Below, in pieces: positions 54,803 through 64,000 of a stretch of 64,000 nt of DNA (its first letter is position 1; each line of letters starts with the position of its first letter). The notes beneath the pieces were generated by a model. The model worked only from the letters and a program-made list of their open reading frames with translations, had not been told where the DNA came from and ran no database searches. Source of the stretch: an uncultured Eubacteriales bacterium (GTDB lineage: Bacteria > Bacillota > Clostridia > Oscillospirales > Acutalibacteraceae); contig CAKSEH010000009.1 in the NCBI GenBank assembly GCA_934446475.1, forward strand, positions 10,353 to 74,352. The letters are read 5' to 3'. A program made the position numbers and the translations under genes.

Positions 54803-56401
54803 TTATGCTTTTTCGGGTTTTTCATCAAATGGGTCTTTATAATTTTTTGCTTTCTCGAATTCCTCCGCAATTTCATTTGAGGGGGGAGCCGTCATAAGCG
54901 AAACCGCAACTATGAATATACAGGAAACAAGGAAAGCAGGAAGAAGCTCGTATATCCCGAAAATTCCGCCGAGCGGTTTGAGGAGGAGTTTCCATATAAA
55001 TACCATTGCTCCGCCGGATATCATACCGGCAACAGCGCCCGCTCGGTTTGTACGCTTCCAGAAAAGCGAGAACAAAATTATCGGACCGAATGTTGCGCCG
55101 AAACCTGACCAGGCAAATGAAACTATTTCAAATATAATGCTCTTTTCATTCCAGGCAATTATTATTCCTACAACAGCTATCACAACAAGACATATTCTTG
55201 AAAGCCACATAACCTGTTTGTCCGTTGCGTCCTTTTTAATAATTCCCTCATAAATGTTTTTGGAAACAGCAGAAGCTGCGATAAGAAGATACGAATCGGA
55301 CGAACTGATAGTGGCTGCAAGAATGCCTGCCATAATAACGCCCGCAAATACAGGATGAAATAAAAGCTGGGACAAATGCGCAAAAATATTTTCCGCACCG
55401 CTTTGCGTAATAAGTCCGCTGTCGGTTGCAAGGGACGGAACAGTTCTTCCTATAACGCCTATTGAAACTGCTGTGGCAAGAGATATAACGACCCATACCA
55501 TTGCTATTCTTCTTGAATTCTTAAGTTCCGAGCTTTTCCTGATAGCCATAAATCTCAAAAGCACCTGCGGCATACCGAAATAGCCGAGTCCCCAAGATGC
55601 GGTTGAAAGAATGGTAAGAAACCCATACTTGGCAGCGTCTCCGAAAAGCGGAGCATTTTCCGCCACCTTTTGCACGCCGTCTGCCCCTACTATGGGAGTA
55701 GCCTGCGAGGTAAGGGAAAAATATCCGGGGATAGCCTTTGCGTTATCTATAACAGCGCCTATTCCGCCTGCGTGGGCAGTGCCGAAAACGAAAACTCCGA
55801 CAAGCGCTATGATCATTACTATCGACTGCATAAAATCCGATGCGCTTTCGGCAAGAAATCCGCCGATAGCCGTATACACAAGCACAAAAACCGCTCCGAC
55901 TATCATCATCGTATGATACTTATATCCGAAAAGTCCCGAAAACAACTTGCCGCAGGTAACAAAACAGCTGGCAGCATAAACAGTGAAGAATATCAGGATA
56001 AAAAGGGCGGCAATGCCCAGTATCAGCTTTTTCTTTTCGTGGAAACGGTTGCTTAAAAAGTCGGGTATTGTTATGGAGTCCCCCGAAACGATAGAGTAAG
56101 AGCGAAGTCTTTTTGATACTATAAGCCAGTTTACATAAGTTCCGACGGCGAGACCTATTGCAGTCCACGCAGCGTCCGCTATGCCGCACCAATATGCGAC
56201 GCCGGGAAGTCCCATAAGCAGCCAACCGCTCATATCAGAAGCTTCGGCACTCATCGCAGCAACCCACGGACCGAGCGATCTTCCGCCTAAAAAGTAATTT
56301 TCCGAACTTGCCTGTGCTTTTCTGGCAAAAAGCACGCCGATAAGTATAACGGCAAGCATATAACCTGCCATAGCAAGCAGGATCTGAAGTTTATCTCCCA
56401 T
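54803..56401 (-). CDS. putP: Sodium:proline symporter (SSS family)
   Basis: YFLGGRSLGPWVAAMSAEASDMSGWLLMGLPGVAY; about 13 TM segments; 532 aa. Confidence 0.85.
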   Translation of the reverse strand: MGDKLQILLAMAGYMLAVILIGVLFARKAQASSENYFLGGRSLGPWVAAMSAEASDMSGWLLMGLPGVAYWCGIADAAWTAIGLAVGTYVNWLIVSKRLRSYSIVSGDSITIPDFLSNRFHEKKKLILGIAALFILIFFTVYAASCFVTCGKLFSGLFGYKYHTMMIVGAVFVLVYTAIGGFLAESASDFMQSIVMIIALVGVFVFGTAHAGGIGAVIDNAKAIPGYFSLTSQATPIVGADGVQKVAENAPLFGDAAKYGFLTILSTASWGLGYFGMPQVLLRFMAIRKSSELKNSRRIAMVWVVISLATAVSIGVIGRTVPSLATDSGLITQSGAENIFAHLSQLLFHPVFAGVIMAGILAATISSSDSYLLIAASAVSKNIYEGIIKKDATDKQVMWLSRICLVVIAVVGIIIAWNEKSIIFEIVSFAWSGFGATFGPIILFSLFWKRTNRAGAVAGMISGGAMVFIWKLLLKPLGGIFGIYELLPAFLVSCIFIVAVSLMTAPPSNEIAEEFEKAKNYKDPFDEKPEKA

Positions 56402-56424
56402 TTAAATATCCTTTCTGCGTGGAG

Positions 56425-57786
56425 TTACTTTGCATTTTTGCCGCAACATATTTTAACAATATGTATTATAACCCCTACTACAAGTCCCGCAGCAGCGGGG
56501 CATATCCAACTAAGCCCTATGTCCGAGAACGGCAAATAATCTCCGACCTTAATTATCGCACTGAAAAATCCGAGTTTCGGGATACCGTAAGGCAGGGATT
56601 TAATAAGATCTATAACAGCAGGTACAAGTGTAAATGCCGTAACGCTTACATAAACAGCCTTATCGTTTCCGAAAAGCTTTCCGAACATAACAAGTATTAT
56701 AAGAGTTATCGACAGCGGATAAAGGAACATAAGAACCGGAAGTGACCAAGCAATTATTGCGCTGAGCCCTATGGTTGATATAAGGAATGATATCGCACAG
56801 AATCCTATAGCCCATACTTTATAGCTCGGTCCCTTCGGGAATATCTGACAGAACATTTCACCACAGCTCGTTATTAAGCCGACTGCCGTTTTAAGGCAGG
56901 CAAGAGTTACTATAACGGCAAGTATTATACCGCCTGTGCTTTTAAAGTAATGCGTTGCAATAAGATGAAGCGCCTCGCCGCCGTCGGCAGAAAGCGGATA
57001 TGCTGTTCTGCTCTGAGCACCCACGAGGGCAAGCATAATATAAATAACAGCCATTATAATGCAGCCGAAAATACCGGAAACAACAGTGTTACCGGCGATA
57101 TGTCCCGGTTCTGTAACGCCGAGTCTGCGGATAGTATCAATAACAATTATTCCGAACGCAAGGCTCGCAAGAGCATCCATCGTATTATATCCGTCAATAA
57201 AACCGGTGAAAAATGAGCCTGTCTTATACGCCGCCTGAGGTTCAACCGATGAAGCCGAGCCTATAGGCGAGATAAGAGCAGTTACAATAAGCAGCGCAAG
57301 ACTTACAAGGAACAAAGGAGTCAGAATTTTGCCGACCCAAGTAAGTATTTTCCCCGGCCTTAACGAGAAGAACAGAACTGCCCCGAAAAACAGAAGAGAA
57401 AATATCCAAATAAGCCATTTTGATGTTGACTCGCTTATCATCGGAGCTATTCCGACAGAAAACGAAGTCGATGCGCAACGGGGAATAGCAAAAAACGGCC
57501 CTATAGTGAGATAAAGGGCACAAGTGAAAAACACGCCGTATCCCTTACCTACAAGGCGGCTGCTCATTTCAAGCAAACCGTCACTCTTGCTCATACCGAT
57601 AGACGCAACGCCCAAAAGCGGAATACCGACGGCTGTTACAAGAAATCCGATAGCTGCGGGCCAAACATTGCTGCCTGCGCTCTGACCCATAAATACCGGG
57701 AAAATCAGGTTTCCTGCTCCGAAAAACAGGCCGAAAAGCATACTGCCTACCGCAACTGTCTCGGAAAATTTTAATTTCTTTTTCAT
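56425..57786 (-). CDS. brnQ: Branched-chain amino acid transport system II carrier
   Basis: VAVGSMLFGLFFGAGNLIFPVFMGQSAG at the N-terminus; 12-TM type; 453 aa. Confidence 0.88.
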   Translation of the reverse strand: MKKKLKFSETVAVGSMLFGLFFGAGNLIFPVFMGQSAGSNVWPAAIGFLVTAVGIPLLGVASIGMSKSDGLLEMSSRLVGKGYGVFFTCALYLTIGPFFAIPRCASTSFSVGIAPMISESTSKWLIWIFSLLFFGAVLFFSLRPGKILTWVGKILTPLFLVSLALLIVTALISPIGSASSVEPQAAYKTGSFFTGFIDGYNTMDALASLAFGIIVIDTIRRLGVTEPGHIAGNTVVSGIFGCIIMAVIYIMLALVGAQSRTAYPLSADGGEALHLIATHYFKSTGGIILAVIVTLACLKTAVGLITSCGEMFCQIFPKGPSYKVWAIGFCAISFLISTIGLSAIIAWSLPVLMFLYPLSITLIILVMFGKLFGNDKAVYVSVTAFTLVPAVIDLIKSLPYGIPKLGFFSAIIKVGDYLPFSDIGLSWICPAAAGLVVGVIIHIVKICCGKNAK

Positions 57787-58054
57787 TTCAATACCCCTTT
57801 AAAAGTAATATTGCAAAATAATAATACTTATTATATCATAACTTTGAATAATATGCAAACTAAATATTAAGTACTCTTTAACAAGTTACCGAAAAATATC
57901 GGATTTTACAATTTATCTGTAGAATTTTTTACATTAAGATGTTATAATAACCTAAAACCGCCGCACCTTTTGCGGCAGGCGGCAACGCCGCCGTAAGGGC
58001 TTCGCCCTTTTGAGTTTACATTATAATTTAGGTTTGAGGGAGAGACGGGATTGT

Positions 58055-58876
58055 ATGATAACTTCATCCGGAAAAATCGATTTTAATGAGAAAAAAGGAT
58101 TTATATGCGATATGGACGGTGTTATTTACCACGGTAACCGCATATTGCCGGGTGTTGCCGAATTCATTCAGTGGCTGCACGATGAAAATAAAGAATATCT
58201 GTTTTTAACGAATAACAGCGGATACACCCCGAGGGAATTAAATCAAAAGCTTTGCCGTCTCGGTCTTGATGTACCCGAAGAGCATTTTTATACGAGTGCG
58301 CTTGCAACTGCCGCATTTTTAAAGGATCAGGCACCCGGCTGCTCCGTTTTTGCCATAGGTGAAGCGGGTCTGCTAAATGCCTTATATGATGCGGGGATCA
58401 CGATGAACGATGTAAATCCCGATTATGTTGTTGTCGGCGAGGGCAGATCATATTCTCTTGATACGCTTACGAAAGCAACAAACCTTGTTATGGCAGGAGC
58501 AAAACTTATAGGAGCAAACTCCGATGTTTCGGGTCCCATTGAAAACGGTATAGCCCCGGCTTGCCGTGCGCTTATCGCCCCCATTGAAATGGCAACGGGC
58601 ACACAGGCATATTTCTGCGGAAAACCAAACCCTCTTATGATGCGTACGGGGCTTCGTATGCTTCAGTGCCATTCGGCGGAGGCTGTGATGGTGGGAGACC
58701 GTATGGATACCGATATAATTTCAGGAATGGAGAGCGGTATGTCAACGGTTTTGGTGCTTTCCGGAGTTTCAACCCGTGAAACCCTCAAGACCTATGCATA
58801 TCAACCGAGCATAGTTTTAAACGGCGTCGGTGATATTGCCGCTATGGCGAGTAAAAGGAAAAATCAGGCAAAATAA
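58055..58876 (+). CDS. HAD-IIA family hydrolase (NagD-like sugar phosphatase)
   Basis: GFICDMDGVIYHGN (DxDG), LTNNS and GDRMDTDI motifs. I prefer the ATG at 58055, after GGGAGAG. Confidence 0.85.
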   Translation: MITSSGKIDFNEKKGFICDMDGVIYHGNRILPGVAEFIQWLHDENKEYLFLTNNSGYTPRELNQKLCRLGLDVPEEHFYTSALATAAFLKDQAPGCSVFAIGEAGLLNALYDAGITMNDVNPDYVVVGEGRSYSLDTLTKATNLVMAGAKLIGANSDVSGPIENGIAPACRALIAPIEMATGTQAYFCGKPNPLMMRTGLRMLQCHSAEAVMVGDRMDTDIISGMESGMSTVLVLSGVSTRETLKTYAYQPSIVLNGVGDIAAMASKRKNQAK

Positions 58877-58984
58877 GCTTAAAGACGATGAATTATATAA
58901 CAAATAAGAGACCGGTCATATGTGAACTGCCACAAGTTGTATAGACGGTACAAAAAGCGTCTACTCGATGTAGCAAATTAAATT

Positions 58985-59107
58985 TTAAGAAACAACTCGA
59001 TTTCTTTTTTCAAGCGGCGTCAGTTTTGTTTTAGTTTGAATACGATAATTGTTATAAAAGTTGATGTATTCGGAGAGATCTCCGAGCCCTGCGCAAATCT
59101 GCTTTGC
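58985..59107 (-). pseudogene. C-terminal remnant of a transposase (IS3/rve-type tail)
   Basis: Hand translation on the minus strand: AKQICAGLGDLSEYINFYNNYRIQTKTKLTPLEKRNRVVS*. This is the typical ...Y(I/V)xFYNNxR...L(S/T)Px(E/Q)xR end of DDE transposases. There is no upstream coding continuation. Confidence 0.5.
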
Positions 59108-59154
59108 TCATTTTTTTATTGATCAGCAGCTTCCATAATATATGAGCCTCTTAA

Positions 59155-61869
59155 TTAATTTGGTAATATGCTTTTTTTCTGTTTCTTTCCTTTTCTCACA
59201 ACGATTTTGTCACACAAAGAGAGAATACCGGGCAGGATAAACAGGATAAGAAACATAGCAGAACCACAGCCAACCGACAGCGTGCGGACAATCTGCTCAA
59301 TGGTGGGATTGCCAAACAGAGGGCCTATTACGGCGGTGATCAGCACCATAATTGTTCCGGAAGTAAGTATGGTGTGGATGCTGCCCTTATATGCGGCAAC
59401 TATTGCTTCTTTTACGGGAAGTGTTGCCCGCATCTCCCGGTAGTAGCTTGTAAACAGAATTCCATAGTCGATGGTTGCGCCCATCAGGATACATTCCACG
59501 ATCAACAGTGCCAGATAGTACATTGAGCCGCCAACAGCTCCCAGTACCGAGACGGTAATGAATACACCACACTGTACGATCAACACAAGGATTGCAGGTA
59601 TGGCGAGCGAACGGAAAGTCAAAGCAACCACTATGAAAATAGACGCCGCCGTAAGCAGCGTGATAATCAGTTGTTCCCGACCAAATCCGGACTCCATTTC
59701 ATCTACCATAATGCTGTTGCCGATAAGATGGTGTTCTCCGGACAGCTTTTCATCACATAACTTGATCATCTCCTTTACAAATGCTGAAGTTTTCTCCGAC
59801 TCAACCGGTAATTCCGTCGTAACGGTCATCCGGGAATGTATTTCACCTTTAAACTGTCGCACCCCGTCGTCAAGCTGCTCTCTCACCTTTGCTATACCGC
59901 CTTTCTGTTCGGCGGTAAGCAGAGAAGAAAACGATTGCTCTGAAGCCAGCTTTTCAATGTGTTTTATCAGTGCCTCCGGAGTCATAGTGCTCTGTGCGTT
60001 TTCCTGTTTAAGGCTTGCGCTGTACATATAGAGCAGCTCCGCCGTATCCTCGTTAAACTTATCGCTTATCTTCCCAACAAACTCAGCCATTTCCTTTACC
60101 GTAAATTCTTTAACGCTTACTACAGCGTCAGCAATCGCCTTCGTCTGGTACAGTGTTGCCTTTTCCGCATCGTCAAACACGACGGCATATTCGGGTTTGG
60201 GGAGAACATTGTTCGTTAAGAAAGAAACAAACTCATAAGGCGACATAGTTTTATCCGACGTATATTCCGTCCCATAGCGGAGCATAAAGAGTTGTATCAC
60301 CTGTTCCGCATTCATACCGAAAGTCTGTGCGAGTGCGGCAGGAGGCATAGGAGTGGTCAGCATATTTTTGTCGGTCAACGGTTTCAATGTTGCAAGCTGT
60401 TTAGCAGAAGCTTCATCTATATAGCCGGAGAGCATCGGATCAACTGCCACTGTATCCGAAAGAAAACCAATGAAATCAGACAATGTCATAGGATCTGTCT
60501 TGCCGTTTGTGCGGTAATGGTAATAAACAATGTTCAACAGTTTCTCGTCTATTTGTAAACTCTCTCCCATCTTTGAAAGCATATCCGACATTTCTTTTAC
60601 CGTACATTGCTTGCCTATGGTCGTAGGATAGGAAACGATATTCTTTACATTCTCCTTTTCCAAAGCCGCTACAACATCCGCAATTTTGCCCTCGTCTGCA
60701 TTGGCATAAAGCAGAACAATTGTGTTTTCCTTTGGAAAAACATCGGCAATCGTATCCTTCTCGGAAAGCGTATAGACGGTTTTCGTCCCGTACTGCAGAT
60801 ATCCCGTGGCGATAAACAGCACAATGAACAGTATCGCAATAACACTGCGGAAACGGTAGCTGAAACCGCCCAACACAGCCGAAAGACCTTTCTTATGTGC
60901 TTTTTTCACTCGTTCTTTCTTTTCGGTCTTTTCAATAAGTTTATGTGACAGTAAAATAAGCGCCGGAATAACGGTGAACACACACAGCATACTGAACGCA
61001 ACACCTTTCGCCAATACAATGCCGATGTCTGCACCAATCTTGAAGCTCATAAACACCAGAACCAACAGTCCGACGATTGTGGTTACGGCGCTGCCTGTAA
61101 TAGAGCCGAAAGCGGCACACAGGGCATTTGCCATAGCCTCCTTACGGTCGTCGGTTTTTTTCAGCTCCTGCCGATAGCGGTTCATCAGAATAATAGAATA
61201 GTCCATCGACAGCGCAAGCTGCAGCACCGCCGCAATACCGAAACTGACATCCGAAATTTCTCCGAGAAAAAAATTCGTTCCAAGATTCAGCACAACGGCA
61301 ATGCCGATTGTGACGAGGAACAGCACCGGTTCAAAATATGAGCCGCAGGAGATGAGCAGAACGACAAGAATGATTCCGAACGCCGCAAGATACACCGAAA
61401 GCGGAATATCCGGTGCCGAAGTATCGTCGTTTTTTACAGTGACTTCATAGCCGGAGAATTTTTCTGCAACCTGCTTTTCAATGACTGTTTCCTCCTCGGT
61501 GTCATATCCGTATTTGGTATTTAGAACGTAAAGGGTATATTCACCGCTGTTGTAGTCACCGCTGTCCCGGTCATAGGTCACACTGTCCACATTTTTAATA
61601 GCGGCAAGTGAATCCTTTACTTCCGCCTTTTTCTCGCTGCTGAGCCCTTTTAACATCACACGAATGGTATAGGACTCCCCTTCCGTCGGAAATTCCTTTT
61701 TCATAAGAGAAATGCCTTGCTTCATCGGGGAATCGTCCGGCAGATATTTGGTCATATCCGAGTTTACGCTGACCTTCGACATCAAAAAAGCGCAGACCGC
61801 AGTCAGTATAAGCATAGCGAAAAGAATGATGTTCCGTTTGTTTACAATAAAATTAGTAAGCCTTTTCAT
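59155..61869 (-). CDS. MMPL/RND-superfamily membrane transporter
   Basis: 904 aa. Two blocks of about 6 TM segments each follow a large extracytoplasmic loop. The N-terminus MKRLTNFIVNKRNIILFAMLILTAVCAF...DMTKYLPDDSP is typical of MMPL. Confidence 0.8.
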   Translation of the reverse strand: MKRLTNFIVNKRNIILFAMLILTAVCAFLMSKVSVNSDMTKYLPDDSPMKQGISLMKKEFPTEGESYTIRVMLKGLSSEKKAEVKDSLAAIKNVDSVTYDRDSGDYNSGEYTLYVLNTKYGYDTEEETVIEKQVAEKFSGYEVTVKNDDTSAPDIPLSVYLAAFGIILVVLLISCGSYFEPVLFLVTIGIAVVLNLGTNFFLGEISDVSFGIAAVLQLALSMDYSIILMNRYRQELKKTDDRKEAMANALCAAFGSITGSAVTTIVGLLVLVFMSFKIGADIGIVLAKGVAFSMLCVFTVIPALILLSHKLIEKTEKKERVKKAHKKGLSAVLGGFSYRFRSVIAILFIVLFIATGYLQYGTKTVYTLSEKDTIADVFPKENTIVLLYANADEGKIADVVAALEKENVKNIVSYPTTIGKQCTVKEMSDMLSKMGESLQIDEKLLNIVYYHYRTNGKTDPMTLSDFIGFLSDTVAVDPMLSGYIDEASAKQLATLKPLTDKNMLTTPMPPAALAQTFGMNAEQVIQLFMLRYGTEYTSDKTMSPYEFVSFLTNNVLPKPEYAVVFDDAEKATLYQTKAIADAVVSVKEFTVKEMAEFVGKISDKFNEDTAELLYMYSASLKQENAQSTMTPEALIKHIEKLASEQSFSSLLTAEQKGGIAKVREQLDDGVRQFKGEIHSRMTVTTELPVESEKTSAFVKEMIKLCDEKLSGEHHLIGNSIMVDEMESGFGREQLIITLLTAASIFIVVALTFRSLAIPAILVLIVQCGVFITVSVLGAVGGSMYYLALLIVECILMGATIDYGILFTSYYREMRATLPVKEAIVAAYKGSIHTILTSGTIMVLITAVIGPLFGNPTIEQIVRTLSVGCGSAMFLILFILPGILSLCDKIVVRKGKKQKKSILPN

Positions 61870-62040
61870 AGACGCACCTCCCGGGTTACTGTTGACAAGT
61901 CTTTGTGTTTACAGTATAATTACAAATAGACATAAAGTCAACAGACTGTTTATTATAAAAAAGTTCGATGCAAACACAACCGAGCGTTTATGATTCGAAG
62001 TAAACAAATACGAAACATTTGTTAGCCGAAAGGAGAGCCT

Positions 62041-62577
62041 ATGGAGAACCAAAGAGTGCGACTGAGTAAGATGCTGCTGAAAAACGCATTGATAAAGCTT
62101 CTGAAAGAAAAACCCCTTGAAAAAATCACTATATATGAGTTGTGTGCAGAAGCACAGCTTAACCGTGTAACCTTCTATAAATACTACGGCAGTCAGTATG
62201 ATCTTTTAACTAACATCGAGAATGACTGTTTCCACAAATTAGAAGAAATTCTTTCCGACAACGGCTCCGACGGAGAGGACTGTCTGTATCGTATGTTGAA
62301 GGCTCTGCTTGACGATGAGGAACATTTCAAGGTACTTATCAATTCCCTGCCGGATAAAGATTTTTCAACAAAGCTGTTCGATTTGCCCACTATTCGGAAA
62401 CAGCTTGATATGGCGATTCCCGAAACCTTTACAGAGGAAGAACGGAACGAACTCTGCCTTTTCTTCTATCAGGGCGGATATGCGGTGATTCGGGAATGGC
62501 TGAATCGGGAGAACCGCCAGTCGCCGAAAAAGATGGCGGTGTTTCTCAACGGCGTTATACGCAAGCTGACACAATGA
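62041..62577 (+). CDS. TetR/AcrR-family transcriptional regulator
   Basis: The N-terminal HTH is LKNALIKLLKEKPLEKITIYELCAEAQLNRVTFYKYY. It is divergent from the MMPL gene. Confidence 0.85.
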   Translation: MENQRVRLSKMLLKNALIKLLKEKPLEKITIYELCAEAQLNRVTFYKYYGSQYDLLTNIENDCFHKLEEILSDNGSDGEDCLYRMLKALLDDEEHFKVLINSLPDKDFSTKLFDLPTIRKQLDMAIPETFTEEERNELCLFFYQGGYAVIREWLNRENRQSPKKMAVFLNGVIRKLTQ

Positions 62578-62640
62578 GTTGTCGTAATTGTTATTTCTTT
62601 TTAGATCAAAACGGGAAAATCTTTAAAATACGCATATACT

Positions 62641-62685
62641 AAAACCGCCTGATTATTGTGACAATAATCAGGCGGTTTTCCTTTT
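62641..62685 (+). terminator. Terminator after the TetR gene
   Basis: aaaccgcctgattattg tgac caataatcaggcggttt followed by tcctttt. Confidence 0.75.
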
Positions 62686-62691
62686 GATAAT

Positions 62692-62910
62692 ATGGAAAAG
62701 GACGGCAGTAAAATATACTTGGTTGAAAACGCAGAAATCGGTCAGAACTTCGTAACACTCGATGACAAGCATAATTTTTATTGGAATAAAGACGGCAACC
62801 TTGTTATCGTCTTTGATAAATACGAGGTTTCCCCGGGAAGTATAGGTGCTCCGGAGTTTGTAATCAATAAAGGTGCCGTATCGGACATTCTGAAGCCTGG
62901 GTATCGATGA
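62692..62910 (+). pseudogene. Probable 3' remnant of a DUF3298/RsiV-like gene
   Basis: The 72-aa ORF ...FYWNKDGNLVIVFDKYEVSPGSIGAPEFVI... resembles only the C-terminal end of DUF3298 domains. It begins right after a terminator, with no upstream coding sequence. Confidence 0.4.
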
Positions 62911-63011
62911 TATTTCACCTCGAAACATAATTTTTTCAGGGGTAAGGTCTTCGGACCCTGCCCCTGAACTTTACATAATAAAACTAATGATGTTGTTTTC
63001 CGGATGTTGGT

Positions 63012-63527
63012 TCACTCACCGATAACATTAACCTGGCAAGCCTTCATTGCTGTCAATGCCGCCCTGTGCGTTTCAGGCGTAACTCCGGCACAGCAGCTTG
63101 CATCAACGCTTATATCAATCTCGGGGAAAACCGCTTTTAATATCAAAGCATTGGATATCACACAGATATCGGTACATACCCCGATAATCTCAATTTCCGA
63201 GCTTCTGCTATCCTTGAATTGCTCAGACCAATGAATGTAACCGAAAGTCGGCTTGTCAATATGTTCGCAGTCGGGGCAGTCGATTTCTTTTACAACTTGC
63301 CAACCGTCTGTTCCTTTGACACAATGCGGCACAGGCAGATGCCTTCCTTCGTTGGTTTCAAGGTAGTTTTCTCCGTGTGTGTCGCGAGTGAAAATCACCT
63401 CATCCCCGGCAGCTATGTATGTGTCAATTTTCTTTTTGACATTCTCAAGAACAGCAACCGCCTCTTTCGTGCCGAGTACTCCTGTGACAAAATCATTCTG
63501 CATATCGATGACAATCAGTGTTTTCAT
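63012..63527 (-). CDS. Isochorismatase-family cysteine hydrolase (nicotinamidase/pyrazinamidase-like)
   Basis: MKTLIVIDMQNDFVTG, DTH...H metal site and IIGVCTDICV catalytic Cys motif. Confidence 0.8.
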   Translation of the reverse strand: MKTLIVIDMQNDFVTGVLGTKEAVAVLENVKKKIDTYIAAGDEVIFTRDTHGENYLETNEGRHLPVPHCVKGTDGWQVVKEIDCPDCEHIDKPTFGYIHWSEQFKDSRSSEIEIIGVCTDICVISNALILKAVFPEIDISVDASCCAGVTPETHRAALTAMKACQVNVIGE

Positions 63528-63544
63528 AAATAACCTCCGCTACC

Positions 63545-64000
63545 TTATTTTATGTCTGTTGGGAACTTCACCGCTATAGTCGTCCCCTTTTCCGAACTTT
63601 CCTCAACCCGAATTTCACCGCCGTGCAGTGCGACAATCTCCCACACCAGCGACAGCCCCAATCCCACGCCGCCGTTTTCTCTGCTCCTGGATTTATCCAC
63701 CCGGAAAAAGGGCTGGAAAATACTCTCTCTGTATTTCTCCGGTATGCCGCAGCCCGTATCTGCGACCCGAATGGCTAACCGATTTTTTTCATCGGTGATC
63801 ATAACACGCACTGTCCCGTTCGGGCTGTTGTAGCGTATAGAATTTTCGGTCAGATTAAAGAGCATATGATAAATCAGCGTGTCACTGCCGATCATAACTC
63901 CGTTGCCTTCACTTTCAAGGATTATTCCGTTTCTATCCGCAAGCGGAGCAAGGTCTGCAAAGATCTCCTCAACCATAGGAGCCAATTCAATATGCTCGGT
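63545..64000 (-). CDS. Sensor histidine kinase, C-terminal HATPase domain (5' part beyond the window)
   Basis: N box LFNLTENSIRYN, G1 box DTGCGIP, F box FQPFFRVD and G2 box GGVGLGLSLV. The ORF stays open to the window edge. Confidence 0.85.
   Translation of the reverse strand, partial: TEHIELAPMVEEIFADLAPLADRNGIILESEGNGVMIGSDTLIYHMLFNLTENSIRYNSPNGTVRVMITDEKNRLAIRVADTGCGIPEKYRESIFQPFFRVDKSRSRENGGVGLGLSLVWEIVALHGGEIRVEESSEKGTTIAVKFPTDIK

Noticed and set aside
62937-62966. GC hairpin between the convergent 62692..62910 ORF and the nicotinamidase-like gene, considered as a bidirectional terminator
   Set aside because: The T-run lies upstream rather than downstream of the stem on the + strand, and an A-run follows it on the - strand. 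It fits neither orientation cleanly, so I mention it only within a finding.

Overview
This 64-kb window looks like chromosome from a low-GC anaerobic Firmicute. I infer Clostridia, Ruminococcus/Oscillospiraceae-like, from a type I dockerin protein and from Firmicute core-gene syntenies; no search was run. All calls rest on reading the sequence and the supplied ORF translations. Family names come from remembered motifs, not database hits.

Layout:
(1) 1-18.6 kb: a mostly minus-strand glycan-utilisation locus. It holds an edge-truncated giant solute-binding protein that is absent from the ORF track, a protein with five CBM-like modules plus a dockerin, a tandem-duplicated BNR/sialidase-like protein, an esterase, a GH101/129-like protein, a GH94 phosphorylase, a beta-helix protein and a GH29 fucosidase.
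(2) 18.7-28.9 kb: the core operon pyrH-frr-uppS-cdsA-dxr-rseP-ispG-polC. The polC product appears to lack the proofreading exonuclease insert.
(3) 29.1-33.0 kb: an initiator tRNA-Met, followed directly by an IS3-family element and a phage/ICE-like accessory module (XRE repressor, ImmA frameshifted at an A7 run, a DUF4417-like protein, small overlapping ORFs).
(4) 33.5-36.9 kb: the most interesting region, a candidate uncharacterised RiPP cluster. It comprises a 38-aa Cys-containing precursor ORF below the track cutoff, an attenuator hairpin, a radical SAM/SPASM enzyme, an HprK-like P-loop protein, a PqqD-like protein and an S24/S26 peptidase.
(5) 36.9-40.3 kb: a secreted Cys-motif protein and a 1.5-kb repeat-rich region with no convincing ORF.
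(6) 40.3-46.3 kb: an OppA-like lipoprotein, ylxM-ffh-rpsP-KH-rimM-trmD (interrupted by a 254-bp structured insertion flanked by 23-bp direct repeats), ptsH and tRNA-Pro(GGG).
(7) 46.4-64 kb: regulators (an XRE with a Cys-ladder tail, two sigma-70-type proteins, an anti-sigma-like protein, AraC, TetR), a GH2 enzyme, putP, brnQ, a HAD hydrolase, an MMPL transporter, gene remnants, a nicotinamidase-like hydrolase and a partial histidine kinase.

I saw no rRNA genes and no CRISPR array.
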